Source: Hyalangium minutum (GTDB lineage: Bacteria > Myxococcota > Myxococcia > Myxococcales > Myxococcaceae). From it: a DNA stretch of 64,000 nucleotides. The stretch spans positions 40,550-104,549 of the forward strand of contig NZ_JMCB01000025.1 of the NCBI RefSeq assembly GCF_000737315.1, read 5' to 3'. The translations under genes and the position numbers were made by a program. The notes below the pieces were generated by a model. It was not told the DNA's origin, made no database searches, and was given only the letters and a program-made list of their open reading frames with translations. Of the stretch, positions 29,562 to 39,407 are shown piece after piece; position 1 is the stretch's first letter; each line of letters begins with the position of its first letter.

Positions 29562-31274
29562 TCAGAGGACGATGGGCGGCTCAATGAGCGCGGGAGGCGT
29601 GGCTCGGCGGTCCTTCGGGTCCGCCACCCACGCGGGGTCTCGCGCCAGCTCGCCCGGCTTCCAGGAGCGAGGCACGCGCCGGAGCCCGATGGGGTAGAGC
29701 CGCAGGTGCCCCGCCTTGTCGATGTGCAGCCGGATGAAGTTCTTCCAGTCCGGAATGGCCAGCGAGGAGAACGCTTCGTTCGCGTGCACGCCGAACACGT
29801 TCAGCGACACGAGCAGGTAGAGCCCCATGACTGTCGGCCCGGCCAGGAACCCGCCAGCGAAGATGAGCACGGCGCTGAGCAGATCCCTCTCCACGCTTCC
29901 GAAGGGCAGCTCTGTCGAGCCCATCAGGTGCGACACTCCCCAGGCGAGCAGGAACGCCGCAGTCAGGTGCGCCAGTCCGTGCAGCACGCCCGCGAGCCAG
30001 CGCCAGCGCCCGAAGCGCTTGTCCGCGAAGCCGATCAGTCCCAGGGTGACGAGCACCGCGATGAGCACGATCCCGGGGCTGGCCAGCGCCGTGCGCACCA
30101 CCAGCCCCAGCGCCTTCGGCACGTTGGCCTCGCCCAGGTTCACCGACAGAGCCCAAGCCAGCAGCATGTAAAGCAGCCCTGTGAGCACTCCGAACCGGGG
30201 GCTGCTCACCGCGAGCCCCAGGTTGCGCCAGCTCAGCCGTCGGGAGTCCTGGGCGCTCGGGAAGCTCTTGCGCGGCGTGAAGCCGTCATCGAGCGCCGCT
30301 TCCTTCCGAGGGATGTGCGTGGGATGCAGGAAGGCACCACCCCCTCCGGCGATGATCTTCTGCCGGCCCTCGTCGTTGGCGTGCCGCCGGTAGTGATGGA
30401 GATCTCCCGCGAGGAACACGCTCACCTTCTTTCCGAGCACCTGCTCCTCCAGGAAGCGGAGGTTGTTCTCCAGGTAGGTACGGTCCTCGGACGGGCGCAC
30501 CTGAGACACCAGCCACGCAGGCTCCGCCAGGCAGAGGATGACGCGATCCTCCTCGCGCATCAGCCTGGCGACCTCCTGGAAGTAGCGGACCTGGGGCTGG
30601 TCGAGGTCCGACTCCAGCTGCATGTCCGTGCCGATCAGCCACCACCCATGCGGCAGCTTCACCGAGAAGTAGCTGCGCCGCTGGTGCGTCTCGAAGCCGG
30701 ACAGCGTGCGGCCCTGGCAGAACAGCCGCATGAAGGACACGAGCCCGTCGTACCAGTCGTGGTTTCCTGGGATGGCGAACATGTGCGGCGGCTTTCGCTG
30801 CCCCTGGATTGCGCACGTCCACGGGTGGAGGGTCCGCTCCTCGTACGCCTTCACGCTCGCCGTGGGGTACACCTCGTCTCCGCCGAACACGAGCAGCTCG
30901 CCGCCGCGCGTATCGTAGGTGGAGCCTGTCTCGTCCCGCACTGTCAGGATGGGCCGAGCCACTGCCTGAGCTACCGCATAGGTGGAGTCCCAGCCGTCCC
31001 CCAGGTCCGACACGTAGTCGAGCCACAGTTCCTCCCGAGGCCTGCCCGCCGCATCCACGGAGAAGTCACAGGGGTTCACATCCGGGGCCGCCAGCGCGTC
31101 GAGCAGCCGGCGATCGGCCTGCTTCCCAATCGTGGAGGAGACGGCGGCCCGGATGCCTGTCTTCGCCAGCGTCATGGGATCGAGCCACGACACCATCTTC
31201 CGTCCGAGCGGCTTCCGGGACGGAGTGGGGGGAGAGGGTGGTGCGCCGGTGATCAAGCCGGTGGTTGAGGCCAT
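29562..31274 (-). CDS. Calcineurin-like metallophosphoesterase with C-terminal membrane domain
   Basis: DYVSDLGDG, GGDEVYP, IPGNHDWYD, LAGDLHHY; several hydrophobic helices at the C-terminus. Confidence 0.88.
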   Translation of the reverse strand: MASTTGLITGAPPSPPTPSRKPLGRKMVSWLDPMTLAKTGIRAAVSSTIGKQADRRLLDALAAPDVNPCDFSVDAAGRPREELWLDYVSDLGDGWDSTYAVAQAVARPILTVRDETGSTYDTRGGELLVFGGDEVYPTASVKAYEERTLHPWTCAIQGQRKPPHMFAIPGNHDWYDGLVSFMRLFCQGRTLSGFETHQRRSYFSVKLPHGWWLIGTDMQLESDLDQPQVRYFQEVARLMREEDRVILCLAEPAWLVSQVRPSEDRTYLENNLRFLEEQVLGKKVSVFLAGDLHHYRRHANDEGRQKIIAGGGGAFLHPTHIPRKEAALDDGFTPRKSFPSAQDSRRLSWRNLGLAVSSPRFGVLTGLLYMLLAWALSVNLGEANVPKALGLVVRTALASPGIVLIAVLVTLGLIGFADKRFGRWRWLAGVLHGLAHLTAAFLLAWGVSHLMGSTELPFGSVERDLLSAVLIFAGGFLAGPTVMGLYLLVSLNVFGVHANEAFSSLAIPDWKNFIRLHIDKAGHLRLYPIGLRRVPRSWKPGELARDPAWVADPKDRRATPPALIEPPIVL

Positions 31275-33025
31275 GGCGCCTCCTTCATGGGGGAGGGGTG
31301 AGAGGGTCGATGGGTGGGGCGGCGCACCTGGTCGATGAGGTGATCCGCGAAGCGATCCGCCAGCGCCGCAATGGTCAGGCTCGGGTTCGGGCCCGTGGGG
31401 CCGGGCATCACCGCGCCGTCCGCCACGTAGAGCCCGGGGTGGTTGAAGACCTCTCCATTCGCGTCCACCACGCCCACCTCGGGAGCCCGGCCCATGGGGC
31501 AGCCCCCGAGCGGGTGCACGGTGATGACCCGGCTCAGGTAGCTGAGCGGGTTCTGGAGCAGCTTGCCTTCGAGCGCATCGGCGATCTCCGCCATCGTCTG
31601 GCGGACGCGCCGGAAGTAGCTGGACGAGTGGCGCATGCGCCAGTCGACCTCCAGCAGCCCATCCTTGTTCAGCGTCATGTTCCCGTCCGGAATGTCGCGG
31701 CCCATGGCGAGCAGTGGCAGCGAGCTCGCCGAGCCCACGCAGTCTCCGATCGTCTCGGCGATCTCCGCGCTCACATCCGTGTCCCGGCTGAGGCCGAGCC
31801 ACCCCTTCACCAGCCGGGTGCCCAGCCGCATGAAGCGGCGCAGCAGGGCGAGCTGATCGCTGCTCTCGTAGAGCCAGTTGACGAACTCGGGATAGCCCGC
31901 GTCCTCCACGTAGAACCCGCGGCCGGTGCCGCCCTCGGCGGCGTCTCGGATGTGGAGCGCACTGGTGATGACGGGGCCGTGGCCTCCATCGAGGACGCGC
32001 GGCTCCCGCTTGCCCTTGCTGCTGTCCGTGCACTTGAAGAGGAAGCCCAGCAGGTCCCCGTTGCCACAGAACCGGGTGCCGAGCTGGCCGCTGAGCCCCG
32101 GGAACGCCTCCCGGTTCTTCAGCAGGAGGTACGTCGACCCGAACGTCCCCGCCGCCAGCACCAGCTTGTCCGCGGAGATGAGCGTGCGCGGCAACAGGGA
32201 GGTGGGGACCTCGGGCCGCTCGCCCTCGCGGGCCTCCGAGTGGTCCACGTACTCGACGACGTACTCGCCGTCCTCAGGCCAGAAGGCCTTCACCTCGCAC
32301 CGCACGCGCAGCTCCGCCCCGCGCCGTTTCGCCGCTGACAGGTATGTGTAGTCGAGCGTGTTCTTGCTGCCGTAGTTGCAGCCGATGTCGCACTCCCCGC
32401 ACAGCCGGCACGTCAGCCGTGTCCGCCCGTGCAGGTTCGGGTGGCGCTCCTGGATGGGCTCGCCCGGCACCGGAGGCTGGCCCGGGTTGGCGAAGGTGAC
32501 CGCCAGCGGAGGCAGTTGCCAATCATCCTTCAGCCCCATCCGCTCGGCCGCGAGCTTCATCGCGATCGTCTTCGCCGTGTGGCGGTAGGGCTCGTGCTCG
32601 AAGGGGTAGCGCTGCGTCCCCATCATCTTCTCCACCGCGTCGTAGTGCGGCTCGAGGTCCTCCCGCGTGACGGGCCAATCCTCGTACCCGCCGTCCTGGA
32701 GGTTCTCGTGGACGAACGTCTTCTCTTCCTTGCGCAGCAGCACGTTCGCGTAGATGAGCGAGCCGCCGCCCAGCCCGCTCGCCACCACGCCGCCCAGCCC
32801 TTTGAAGGACCACAGGTTCAGGAGCCCGTGCAGGCCCTGGCTCGGGTCCCAGAAGTTGCGGCGCATGGCGTAGGGGCTTCGCGGGAACGAGCCAGGGGGG
32901 TAGGCCTTGCCGCGCTCCAGCACGCAGACGCGCAGGCCCGCCTCGGCCAGCCGCCAGGCCATCACCGAGCCGCCAAAGCCCGAGCCGACCACGATGGCAT
33001 CGAAGTGTTCACGTCGAGGATTCAT
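31253..33025 (-). CDS. GMC-family oxidoreductase (cholesterol oxidase ChoD-like)
   Basis: DAIVVGSGFGGS, GLGGGSLIYAN, C..CGEC.IGC..G.KNTL, ITVHPLGGC, GLYVADG. Confidence 0.92.
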   Translation of the reverse strand: MNPRREHFDAIVVGSGFGGSVMAWRLAEAGLRVCVLERGKAYPPGSFPRSPYAMRRNFWDPSQGLHGLLNLWSFKGLGGVVASGLGGGSLIYANVLLRKEEKTFVHENLQDGGYEDWPVTREDLEPHYDAVEKMMGTQRYPFEHEPYRHTAKTIAMKLAAERMGLKDDWQLPPLAVTFANPGQPPVPGEPIQERHPNLHGRTRLTCRLCGECDIGCNYGSKNTLDYTYLSAAKRRGAELRVRCEVKAFWPEDGEYVVEYVDHSEAREGERPEVPTSLLPRTLISADKLVLAAGTFGSTYLLLKNREAFPGLSGQLGTRFCGNGDLLGFLFKCTDSSKGKREPRVLDGGHGPVITSALHIRDAAEGGTGRGFYVEDAGYPEFVNWLYESSDQLALLRRFMRLGTRLVKGWLGLSRDTDVSAEIAETIGDCVGSASSLPLLAMGRDIPDGNMTLNKDGLLEVDWRMRHSSSYFRRVRQTMAEIADALEGKLLQNPLSYLSRVITVHPLGGCPMGRAPEVGVVDANGEVFNHPGLYVADGAVMPGPTGPNPSLTIAALADRFADHLIDQVRRPTHRPSHPSPMKEAPWPQPPA

Positions 33026-33071
33026 AAGGGGGCTCCTGATGTGGGCTCTGGGTGTGGGGCCCTGATTGGGT

Positions 33072-35090
33072 TCACGGAGGAGAGAGGGGCTCGCGCTCCA
33101 TGGCTTCGGGCTCGCGGGCCATGGGGGCGTAGACCTCCCAGAGCGTGCCGAGGAAGAACCGGCCAAAGCGCATCACGGCTTGCGTGCCCTCGAACCCCGG
33201 GCGTGACGAGCGCATGCTGGACACCAGCTTGAGCAGATCTCCCAGGCCCAGCTTGAGGACGCCCGCGCCCACCACTGGGCCACGCTCGTCCGGGCCCTCG
33301 TGGAGCCGGACATAAAGCCGCGTGGTGTCACGCCACAGGTCCGGCCCCTTGTCGTCGCGGATCGTCTTCGTGCCGGAGAGGTAGTACTCGCGGCCCTGGT
33401 GCTCGAAGGCCATGCCGTACGTCATCAGCCGGGTGTTCGGAGTGTCTCCAGCCTTGAAGAGGTTGAAGCTCCCGCGCTTCACCGGAAGGTTCTCACCGAA
33501 GGGCGGATACGAGACGTGCGCCACCAGCCGGGCCGCGTGCTGCGGGTCTCGGATGAACGCCTCCATGTCGTCCACGCTGATGGTGGCGTGGAAGGTGAAG
33601 GGCGTGTGGCGGCCCTTGCCGGCCCCTGCAGCAGGGTCGGTCTCGTGGAGAGACAGCGGGCCAGACATGGTCTCGCGGAAGGTGAGGTCGGGAGCGGGTG
33701 CGTTCATCTGAGTGATCTCCAGGGTGAGCGGGAAGCCTTGGGGACTGCATGTCTCGAGGTATCGGCACGCATCCGCGTACCCGAGGTCGATGAGGGTGCC
33801 CGCGGTGATGTGCCCGGCGTAGAAGTCCGGATCGAGCGGCAGCGGCCGCTCCGGCTTGATGAGGTGGACCACGATGGGCTGCCGGTGGCCGTGCACCACC
33901 TCGCCCGCGCGGATGCGTGCGTTGAGCTCCTCGATGCGCTCGAGCTGCTCGAAGAGGGCCCCGTTGGCGCTCAGCTCGATCATGTGGACGTACTGGTGGA
34001 ACACCCCGCGCCGGTATGTGGGCGTGTTGCCGATGCACCAGAGCACCCAGAGCTCGTTGGCCCCGCGCCGCACCGCCTCGAGCAGGTTGGCATCCTGGAT
34101 CCACACCGAGTCCAGGTAGAGCGCGCCGTCCTTGCGAACCGGAGGCATGAAGATGGGCAGCGAGATGCCCGCCACGAGCAGATCCGTGTCCACGCGAGTG
34201 TGTGGGATGGCCTCGTTCGTCTTGCGGGTGAAGTCACAGACGTTGAAAGTGCCCTCCATCGCCGTGTTGGCGCGGATGGCGTCCACGTTGATGCCGAGGT
34301 GGGGGAAGACGTGCTCGCGGATGCCGTCCGCGTCGCCCAGCGCCTCCAGGTCCCAGGCTTTCAGGTACTTCTCGGGCGAGACGAAGGAGACGAAATCCTT
34401 CACGCGCAGGGTCCGCCAGCGGTTGCACATCTCCTCCGGAGACAGGCCGGAGAGCAGCATCGCCAGGTTGATGATGCCGCCCGAGGTGCCGTCTCCGTGG
34501 GTGAAGCGGAGGCCCTCGTCCTGGAGCGCCCGCAGCACGCCCGCCTGCCACGCCACGCGCATGCCTCCGCCCGCCAGGATGAGGGCTCGCTTGCGGCCGT
34601 CCTCCGCCAAGGGAGAGGCGATGGGGGACGACACGGGGTGCGGCTCCGGCACAGGGATGGGCACGGGCGCGGACTTCAGCGTAGGAGACAGGGCCGCGCG
34701 TTCGTTGCGGCGCAGCAGGCCGAGGTAGCCCAGGATGAGCAGCCCGGAGAGGAGGTCGAAGCCAGCGACTCCCAGCGCGAGCGGAGAGAAGATGCCTCGT
34801 GCCACGCCGAGGCTCACCGCTGCGCACGCGCCCAGCTTCTGGAGCCCGGTCCACACGAAGGCGGCCCGGTTCTCCTTCGAGCGCACCAGCGCGTGGAGCA
34901 GCAGGCCTCCGAAGAGGACCATGAACATGCCGACGATGCCGAAGAAGTGGCGGCTCGTGGGAGTGGACTCGGCCTTGAGGAACCCGAGCTCGAAGCCCGG
35001 TGCCAAGAGCTGCACGGCGCCGCTGACCACCGTAGCGATCGAGATGGCGGCCAGAATCCTGCGCAGCCAGCGCTCTCCACGGTTCCTCAT
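33072..35090 (-). CDS. Patatin-like phospholipase with N-terminal membrane domain and C-terminal accessory domain
   Basis: LAGGGMR, GTSGG (GxSxG), YLDSVW in place of DGG; four N-terminal TM-like segments. Confidence 0.85.
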   Translation of the reverse strand: MRNRGERWLRRILAAISIATVVSGAVQLLAPGFELGFLKAESTPTSRHFFGIVGMFMVLFGGLLLHALVRSKENRAAFVWTGLQKLGACAAVSLGVARGIFSPLALGVAGFDLLSGLLILGYLGLLRRNERAALSPTLKSAPVPIPVPEPHPVSSPIASPLAEDGRKRALILAGGGMRVAWQAGVLRALQDEGLRFTHGDGTSGGIINLAMLLSGLSPEEMCNRWRTLRVKDFVSFVSPEKYLKAWDLEALGDADGIREHVFPHLGINVDAIRANTAMEGTFNVCDFTRKTNEAIPHTRVDTDLLVAGISLPIFMPPVRKDGALYLDSVWIQDANLLEAVRRGANELWVLWCIGNTPTYRRGVFHQYVHMIELSANGALFEQLERIEELNARIRAGEVVHGHRQPIVVHLIKPERPLPLDPDFYAGHITAGTLIDLGYADACRYLETCSPQGFPLTLEITQMNAPAPDLTFRETMSGPLSLHETDPAAGAGKGRHTPFTFHATISVDDMEAFIRDPQHAARLVAHVSYPPFGENLPVKRGSFNLFKAGDTPNTRLMTYGMAFEHQGREYYLSGTKTIRDDKGPDLWRDTTRLYVRLHEGPDERGPVVGAGVLKLGLGDLLKLVSSMRSSRPGFEGTQAVMRFGRFFLGTLWEVYAPMAREPEAMEREPLSPP

Positions 35091-35638
35091 GACTGGGCCT
35101 CCACCCACCGCTGGGCGCTGGGACTCTCGGAGGCAGGCTTCCCGGCCTGGACGCGGGCGGGCTGCTCGGCGCGCAGCAGCTTGTGGGCGAAGTAGCCCAT
35201 CATCGCCAGCCACTGCACGGTCCACAGCCCCACGCGGATGCGGTTGGTCGTCATCCACGCGGAGAGCACTTCGCGCAGGCGCTCGGAGTCGCGGATCCCC
35301 GAGGCCATCTCCGCGTTGTAACGGAAGATGAGGAACCGGGTGAGCAGTGTGGCCGCCACCACGCCCAGGAACACGGTGGCGGGGTACCAGCGCAGCGGGC
35401 TCTTGCGCTCGGCGAGGAACAGGCCCACGGCGGACACCAGCATCACCAGCGTCATCCAGGTGAAGAACCGGGTGGCGGCCGTCACCTGCGGGACGAACTG
35501 GAGGTAGTAGGTGTCCACCGTGAGCTGTGGCGCGATGGGGAACGAGAACAGCACCAGCGACCAGCCCGTCCCCAGGTACATGGAGGCACAGAGGAACAGC
35601 AGGCACGCGTTGAGCGTGTGGAGGACCGGGCGCTTCAT
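35087..35638 (-). CDS. Small integral membrane protein (DUF1772-like)
   Basis: Four hydrophobic segments; 4-nt overlaps with both neighbours. Confidence 0.7.
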   Translation of the reverse strand: MKRPVLHTLNACLLFLCASMYLGTGWSLVLFSFPIAPQLTVDTYYLQFVPQVTAATRFFTWMTLVMLVSAVGLFLAERKSPLRWYPATVFLGVVAATLLTRFLIFRYNAEMASGIRDSERLREVLSAWMTTNRIRVGLWTVQWLAMMGYFAHKLLRAEQPARVQAGKPASESPSAQRWVEAQS

Positions 35639-36645
35639 GGGTGCGCTCCCATTCCGGCGTCGTCCGTGAGCGTGTCTGGCCGGCGCGGCTCTTCCTTCTC
35701 GGAGGCCTCGGTTTCGGGGACGTGCTCCGAGCCATCCGTCATGGCGGGAGTCCCGGGGGAAAGCGTGGACTGCCGGCCCGCAGCGGCCGGAGGCGCCAGC
35801 CACTGTTGGCTCAGCCCGAGGCTCACCACGCTCTCCAGGCCCTCGGGCTGGGGGGGCGGGAGGCTGGGAGAGCTGAGGAACCAGCACTCGAAGTGGTCAT
35901 CCAGCTCGCCGCTCGAGGACGGGAGGAAGCCTACGAAGAACGGCTCCTGGGAGATGCCGAGCTTCTTCAGCGGCTGCACGCGCGGGTGCTCCCCCATCGT
36001 GAGCCGCGCCGAGGCCTTCTTCCCGAGCCGGAAGGCGAATTTCCCTCGGAAGTAGATGAAGGACTTCATCAGCATGCCGCGGAACTGGCAGTAGTTGGCG
36101 CCGCTGGCTCGCAGCGGGAGCCACGCCTTTCCGGGCCGATCGATCTCGATGCGCACCGCCAGCTGACCATCCTTGTCGTATTGGCTGCTGATGGTCTGGG
36201 CTCCGATGCGGAAGTCCAGGTTCGCCTGGTGCTTGGGCATGCCCCAGATGCCCTTGCCGCCCTTCACGGAGATCTCCGTGCTCACCGGCAGGTCCACCAC
36301 GTACTGGCCCACGCCGTAGTGTTTCTGGAACAGCAACGGCAGCACCGTGGGCGCGGGCCTGGCGCCGTGGGTGCACGGGATGGCGATGCTGAACTCGATG
36401 TAGGGCCCGATGTCTGTGTCCCGGTAGTCAATCACCGTGACGAACAGCGCGGCCTTGTTCCCCCACAGCCGCAGCGGGTGCACCTCGTTCCCCGGGAGCA
36501 GCTGGGCGGCCGCTCCGGCGTCGATCGTGAACGCCGCCATCAGCGCCGGAGAGGCCCGGGAGTTGATGGGCAGCTCGTAGGGGATGCCATCCACCCTCGA
36601 GAAGCGTCCCGTCTGCTGCTTGATGCGTTGGGGTACCCTGAACAT
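35635..36645 (-). CDS. Acetoacetate decarboxylase family protein
   Basis: IDYRDTDIGPYIEFSIA, DLPVS..ISV.GG.GIWGMPK (Schiff-base-type Lys motif). Confidence 0.85.
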   Translation of the reverse strand: MFRVPQRIKQQTGRFSRVDGIPYELPINSRASPALMAAFTIDAGAAAQLLPGNEVHPLRLWGNKAALFVTVIDYRDTDIGPYIEFSIAIPCTHGARPAPTVLPLLFQKHYGVGQYVVDLPVSTEISVKGGKGIWGMPKHQANLDFRIGAQTISSQYDKDGQLAVRIEIDRPGKAWLPLRASGANYCQFRGMLMKSFIYFRGKFAFRLGKKASARLTMGEHPRVQPLKKLGISQEPFFVGFLPSSSGELDDHFECWFLSSPSLPPPQPEGLESVVSLGLSQQWLAPPAAAGRQSTLSPGTPAMTDGSEHVPETEASEKEEPRRPDTLTDDAGMGAHP

Positions 36646-36657
36646 GGCTACGCTCCT

Positions 36658-37710
36658 TCACGCTGGCTTGTTGAGCTCGGCGAGGATGAGGGGGAACACG
36701 TCTCGGGCCGCGTCCTGGCCCATGAAGATGTCGAGGTGCCCGTAGTCCGGAATCACGTGCAGCGCGTGGTAGCCGGGCCGGTGCTGGGACAGCCGCTCAT
36801 AGGTGCGCCGCTGGCTCTCGGGCAGGAAGCACCGGTTGAGCTCCCCCGCCAGGAAGATGAAGCGCGCGTCTGTCTCGGGAGGGCGCTCGGCCACGTCCTC
36901 GGGCAGCTCCCGGTAGCCCTCTACCGGCACAAGGTGCCCAGCCCGGAGGCACTCGGCCATCTGCTGGAAGAAGGTGAGCGGCACCTTGGCGAACTCGTGC
37001 TTGAGCCACTCGTGCGTCTCGGGGTTGAGGTTCTCGTGCCGCCACAGCGTGGGGAACCCCGTGCCGTACGTGAAGCTCGCCAGCCGGCACACCGTGTTGT
37101 CGCACTCGTGGTGGGTTGCTTTCACCAGCAGGGTGAGGGCCTTCGCCGTGAAGCCCTCCGCGTGCAGGCCCCACTGCGGATCCAGGTACGGCGTCAGCTT
37201 CGACACCACGGGCACTGCGTAGAATGCCTTGAGCCGTGCCGAGCGTGGCACCACGGGGTGCAGTGACACGGCGTTGCTGAGGATCACCTTCACCTGCGGG
37301 ACGAGCCCCGCCATCGCCGACAGCATGAAGCTCGTTGAACCCTGGCAGTGGATGATGGCCTTCACCTCGTCGCGGCCCGTCTCCCGGACGATCGTCTCGA
37401 TGGCCTTGGGGTGGTCATGGACGGCGGCTTGATCGAGCGTCCACGCGCTCGGCTCGACGTCGATGCTTGCGCGCCAGTTCTCCAGCCACACGTCGTAGCC
37501 GTCGTCCACGAGCGCATCCACGACCGTCCGTGACACGGGGGCGCGGAAGATGCCGGCCCGTACTCCCGCGCCGTGCACGAGCATCACCGGACCCTTGGTG
37601 GGCTCCTGGGCGCCGCGGATGTGGTGCAGGTTGAGCGAGCGGCCATCACCCGCCACGAATGGGACGACACGTTCCGTGTAGCCAGAAGGGGAGGAAGACT
37701 CGGCTTGCAT
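36658..37710 (-). CDS. Alpha/beta hydrolase (esterase/lipase-like)
   Basis: PVMLVHG, YDVWLENWR.S, elbow IIHCQGS (Cys nucleophile), YGHLDIFMG. Confidence 0.85.
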   Translation of the reverse strand: MQAESSSPSGYTERVVPFVAGDGRSLNLHHIRGAQEPTKGPVMLVHGAGVRAGIFRAPVSRTVVDALVDDGYDVWLENWRASIDVEPSAWTLDQAAVHDHPKAIETIVRETGRDEVKAIIHCQGSTSFMLSAMAGLVPQVKVILSNAVSLHPVVPRSARLKAFYAVPVVSKLTPYLDPQWGLHAEGFTAKALTLLVKATHHECDNTVCRLASFTYGTGFPTLWRHENLNPETHEWLKHEFAKVPLTFFQQMAECLRAGHLVPVEGYRELPEDVAERPPETDARFIFLAGELNRCFLPESQRRTYERLSQHRPGYHALHVIPDYGHLDIFMGQDAARDVFPLILAELNKPA

Positions 37711-37894
37711 GACGGGGCCACGCTCCTTGGCGAGGGCACACGGCTCCCGTGAGTCCCCACCACTGTCCCCCGCTCGCACGGCAGCGGAGGCCTCGCACCT
37801 GGTTGGAGCGGCCCTTCAGTGGATGTGACGGCGTGTGATTTTCCGGCGGTGCTCCCTGCTTACTTGCAGGGAGCCAGAGCAGGCAGGCGCCCGG

Positions 37895-38656
37895 TCAGCG
37901 CAGGCCGGCGCGGCGAGCCAGCTCCTTGGCCAGCTCGCGCAGCTCTTCGACGCCGGGAGCGCTGGGGCTCGTGTCGAAGACGACCTCGTAGCCGAGCCCG
38001 GCCTGGTTGATGGCCTCCGAGCGCGGGATGCGGGCACGCAGCACCGGGACGGTGGACTCCTTGAGCGCGGCGTCCATCGCGTCATTGGTGGCGGTGGTGC
38101 GGCGGTCCCAGAGGTTCACCACGGCTACGAGCTGGCCGCCCTCCTCCCGGGTGTCGCGCCAGGCGGTCTCGATCTCACCCAGGCCCTGCAGGGCGAAGGC
38201 GCCGGTGGGGACGGGTGCCACGACGACGTCGGCGAAATGGAGCACTGCCTCGGTGTAGGCGCCGAGGTTCGGAGGCGTGTCGGCGATGATGACGTCCGGG
38301 GTCCAGCTCAGCGTCTTGAGAGCGCGGGGGATGGCCTGGAGGCGGTGGCCCCACTGGAAGAGCTCGCGCTCCATGGCGGCCATGCGCGGCTGAGCGCGGG
38401 CGATGAAGAGGTTGGGACGCTTGGGCGAAGCCACCACCACGTCGTCCAGCTTGTGGCGAGGCCGAGGGCCGAATGTGTCCGCGACACAGGGGGCCTCGGC
38501 GGGCTCCAGGCCCAGCACCATGGAGGCGTGCGCCTGGGGATCGAGGTCCATCAACAGCACCCGGTGCCCGGAGTCCGCCAGGGCGGATGCGACGTGGACG
38601 CAGAGGGTGGTCTTCCCAACTCCGCCCTTGATGGTGGAGAACGCGATCATCGGCAT
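37895..38656 (-). CDS. ParA/MinD-family ATPase (orphan, no parB)
   Basis: KGGVGKTT, DLDPQAH, IIADTPP. Confidence 0.92.
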   Translation of the reverse strand: MPMIAFSTIKGGVGKTTLCVHVASALADSGHRVLLMDLDPQAHASMVLGLEPAEAPCVADTFGPRPRHKLDDVVVASPKRPNLFIARAQPRMAAMERELFQWGHRLQAIPRALKTLSWTPDVIIADTPPNLGAYTEAVLHFADVVVAPVPTGAFALQGLGEIETAWRDTREEGGQLVAVVNLWDRRTTATNDAMDAALKESTVPVLRARIPRSEAINQAGLGYEVVFDTSPSAPGVEELRELAKELARRAGLR

Positions 38657-38681
38657 GGCGTCTTCACCCTATACCGGAGCG

Positions 38682-39401
38682 TCATCCCCCGCGCACGGGC
38701 AACTCGCGAAAGGTCAGGTCGTGCTCGAGGCCCAAGCGCTGCACTGCCTCCACGAAGCGCTCGGTGCCGATGATCAGCGCCCATTCAAGCCGGAACAGGT
38801 CCAGATTCTGCGGCAGGGTGGACGTGGCGAGAATGGGGTGTTCCGGCAGATCGAAGGACTCGATGCCACATCTGGGGCAAGGCGGGGGCCGTTCCGGCAG
38901 GCAGTCCGGGTGGAACCTGCCCCAGGACAGCAACTCCATTTCCAGCAACTCCGGCGGGTTCTTCTTTCGAAAACGCAGCGCCGTGCGGCATCCCTTCAGC
39001 CCGCGCATCCCTTCAGCCTGCAAGCGCGCCAGAGCTTCGGGCTTCATGAGCAGTTCCCAGGGGTATGCCATGACCAGCGGGCCGAACTCTCCCTGGGCAG
39101 AGCCATTCAGGGGACCGAACGCTGCTCCTGCCCGGAGGCGGGCTCCAGGTGGGGCCCAGGGCCGCACCTGCTCACGCAGCCGTTCGAATTCCGCGTAGTC
39201 CTTCTCGACCCGAGGCATGTACTTCTGCTGCTCGTCGATCGGTAAGTGAGACAGGTCTACCGAGGGGTAGGCTTCCCCAGCCGTTGCCCCGTTGATATGG
39301 CACAAGGGACAGTACGCTCCGGGCAAGCCCCACGTGTGCCCGTAAGCATAGGTGCCCGAGTAGCGAGGCTGTGGGGCTTGTTCCAACGCGTAGAACCTCA
39401 T
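38682..39401 (-). CDS. sitI6: Double-CXXCG motif protein (TIGR02264; SitI6-type immunity)
   Basis: WGLPG..CP.C, CPRCG, IIGTERFVEAV.RLGL; follows the lipoprotein toxin gene. Confidence 0.8.
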   Translation of the reverse strand: MRFYALEQAPQPRYSGTYAYGHTWGLPGAYCPLCHINGATAGEAYPSVDLSHLPIDEQQKYMPRVEKDYAEFERLREQVRPWAPPGARLRAGAAFGPLNGSAQGEFGPLVMAYPWELLMKPEALARLQAEGMRGLKGCRTALRFRKKNPPELLEMELLSWGRFHPDCLPERPPPCPRCGIESFDLPEHPILATSTLPQNLDLFRLEWALIIGTERFVEAVQRLGLEHDLTFRELPVRGG

Positions 39402-39407
39402 GGCTCC

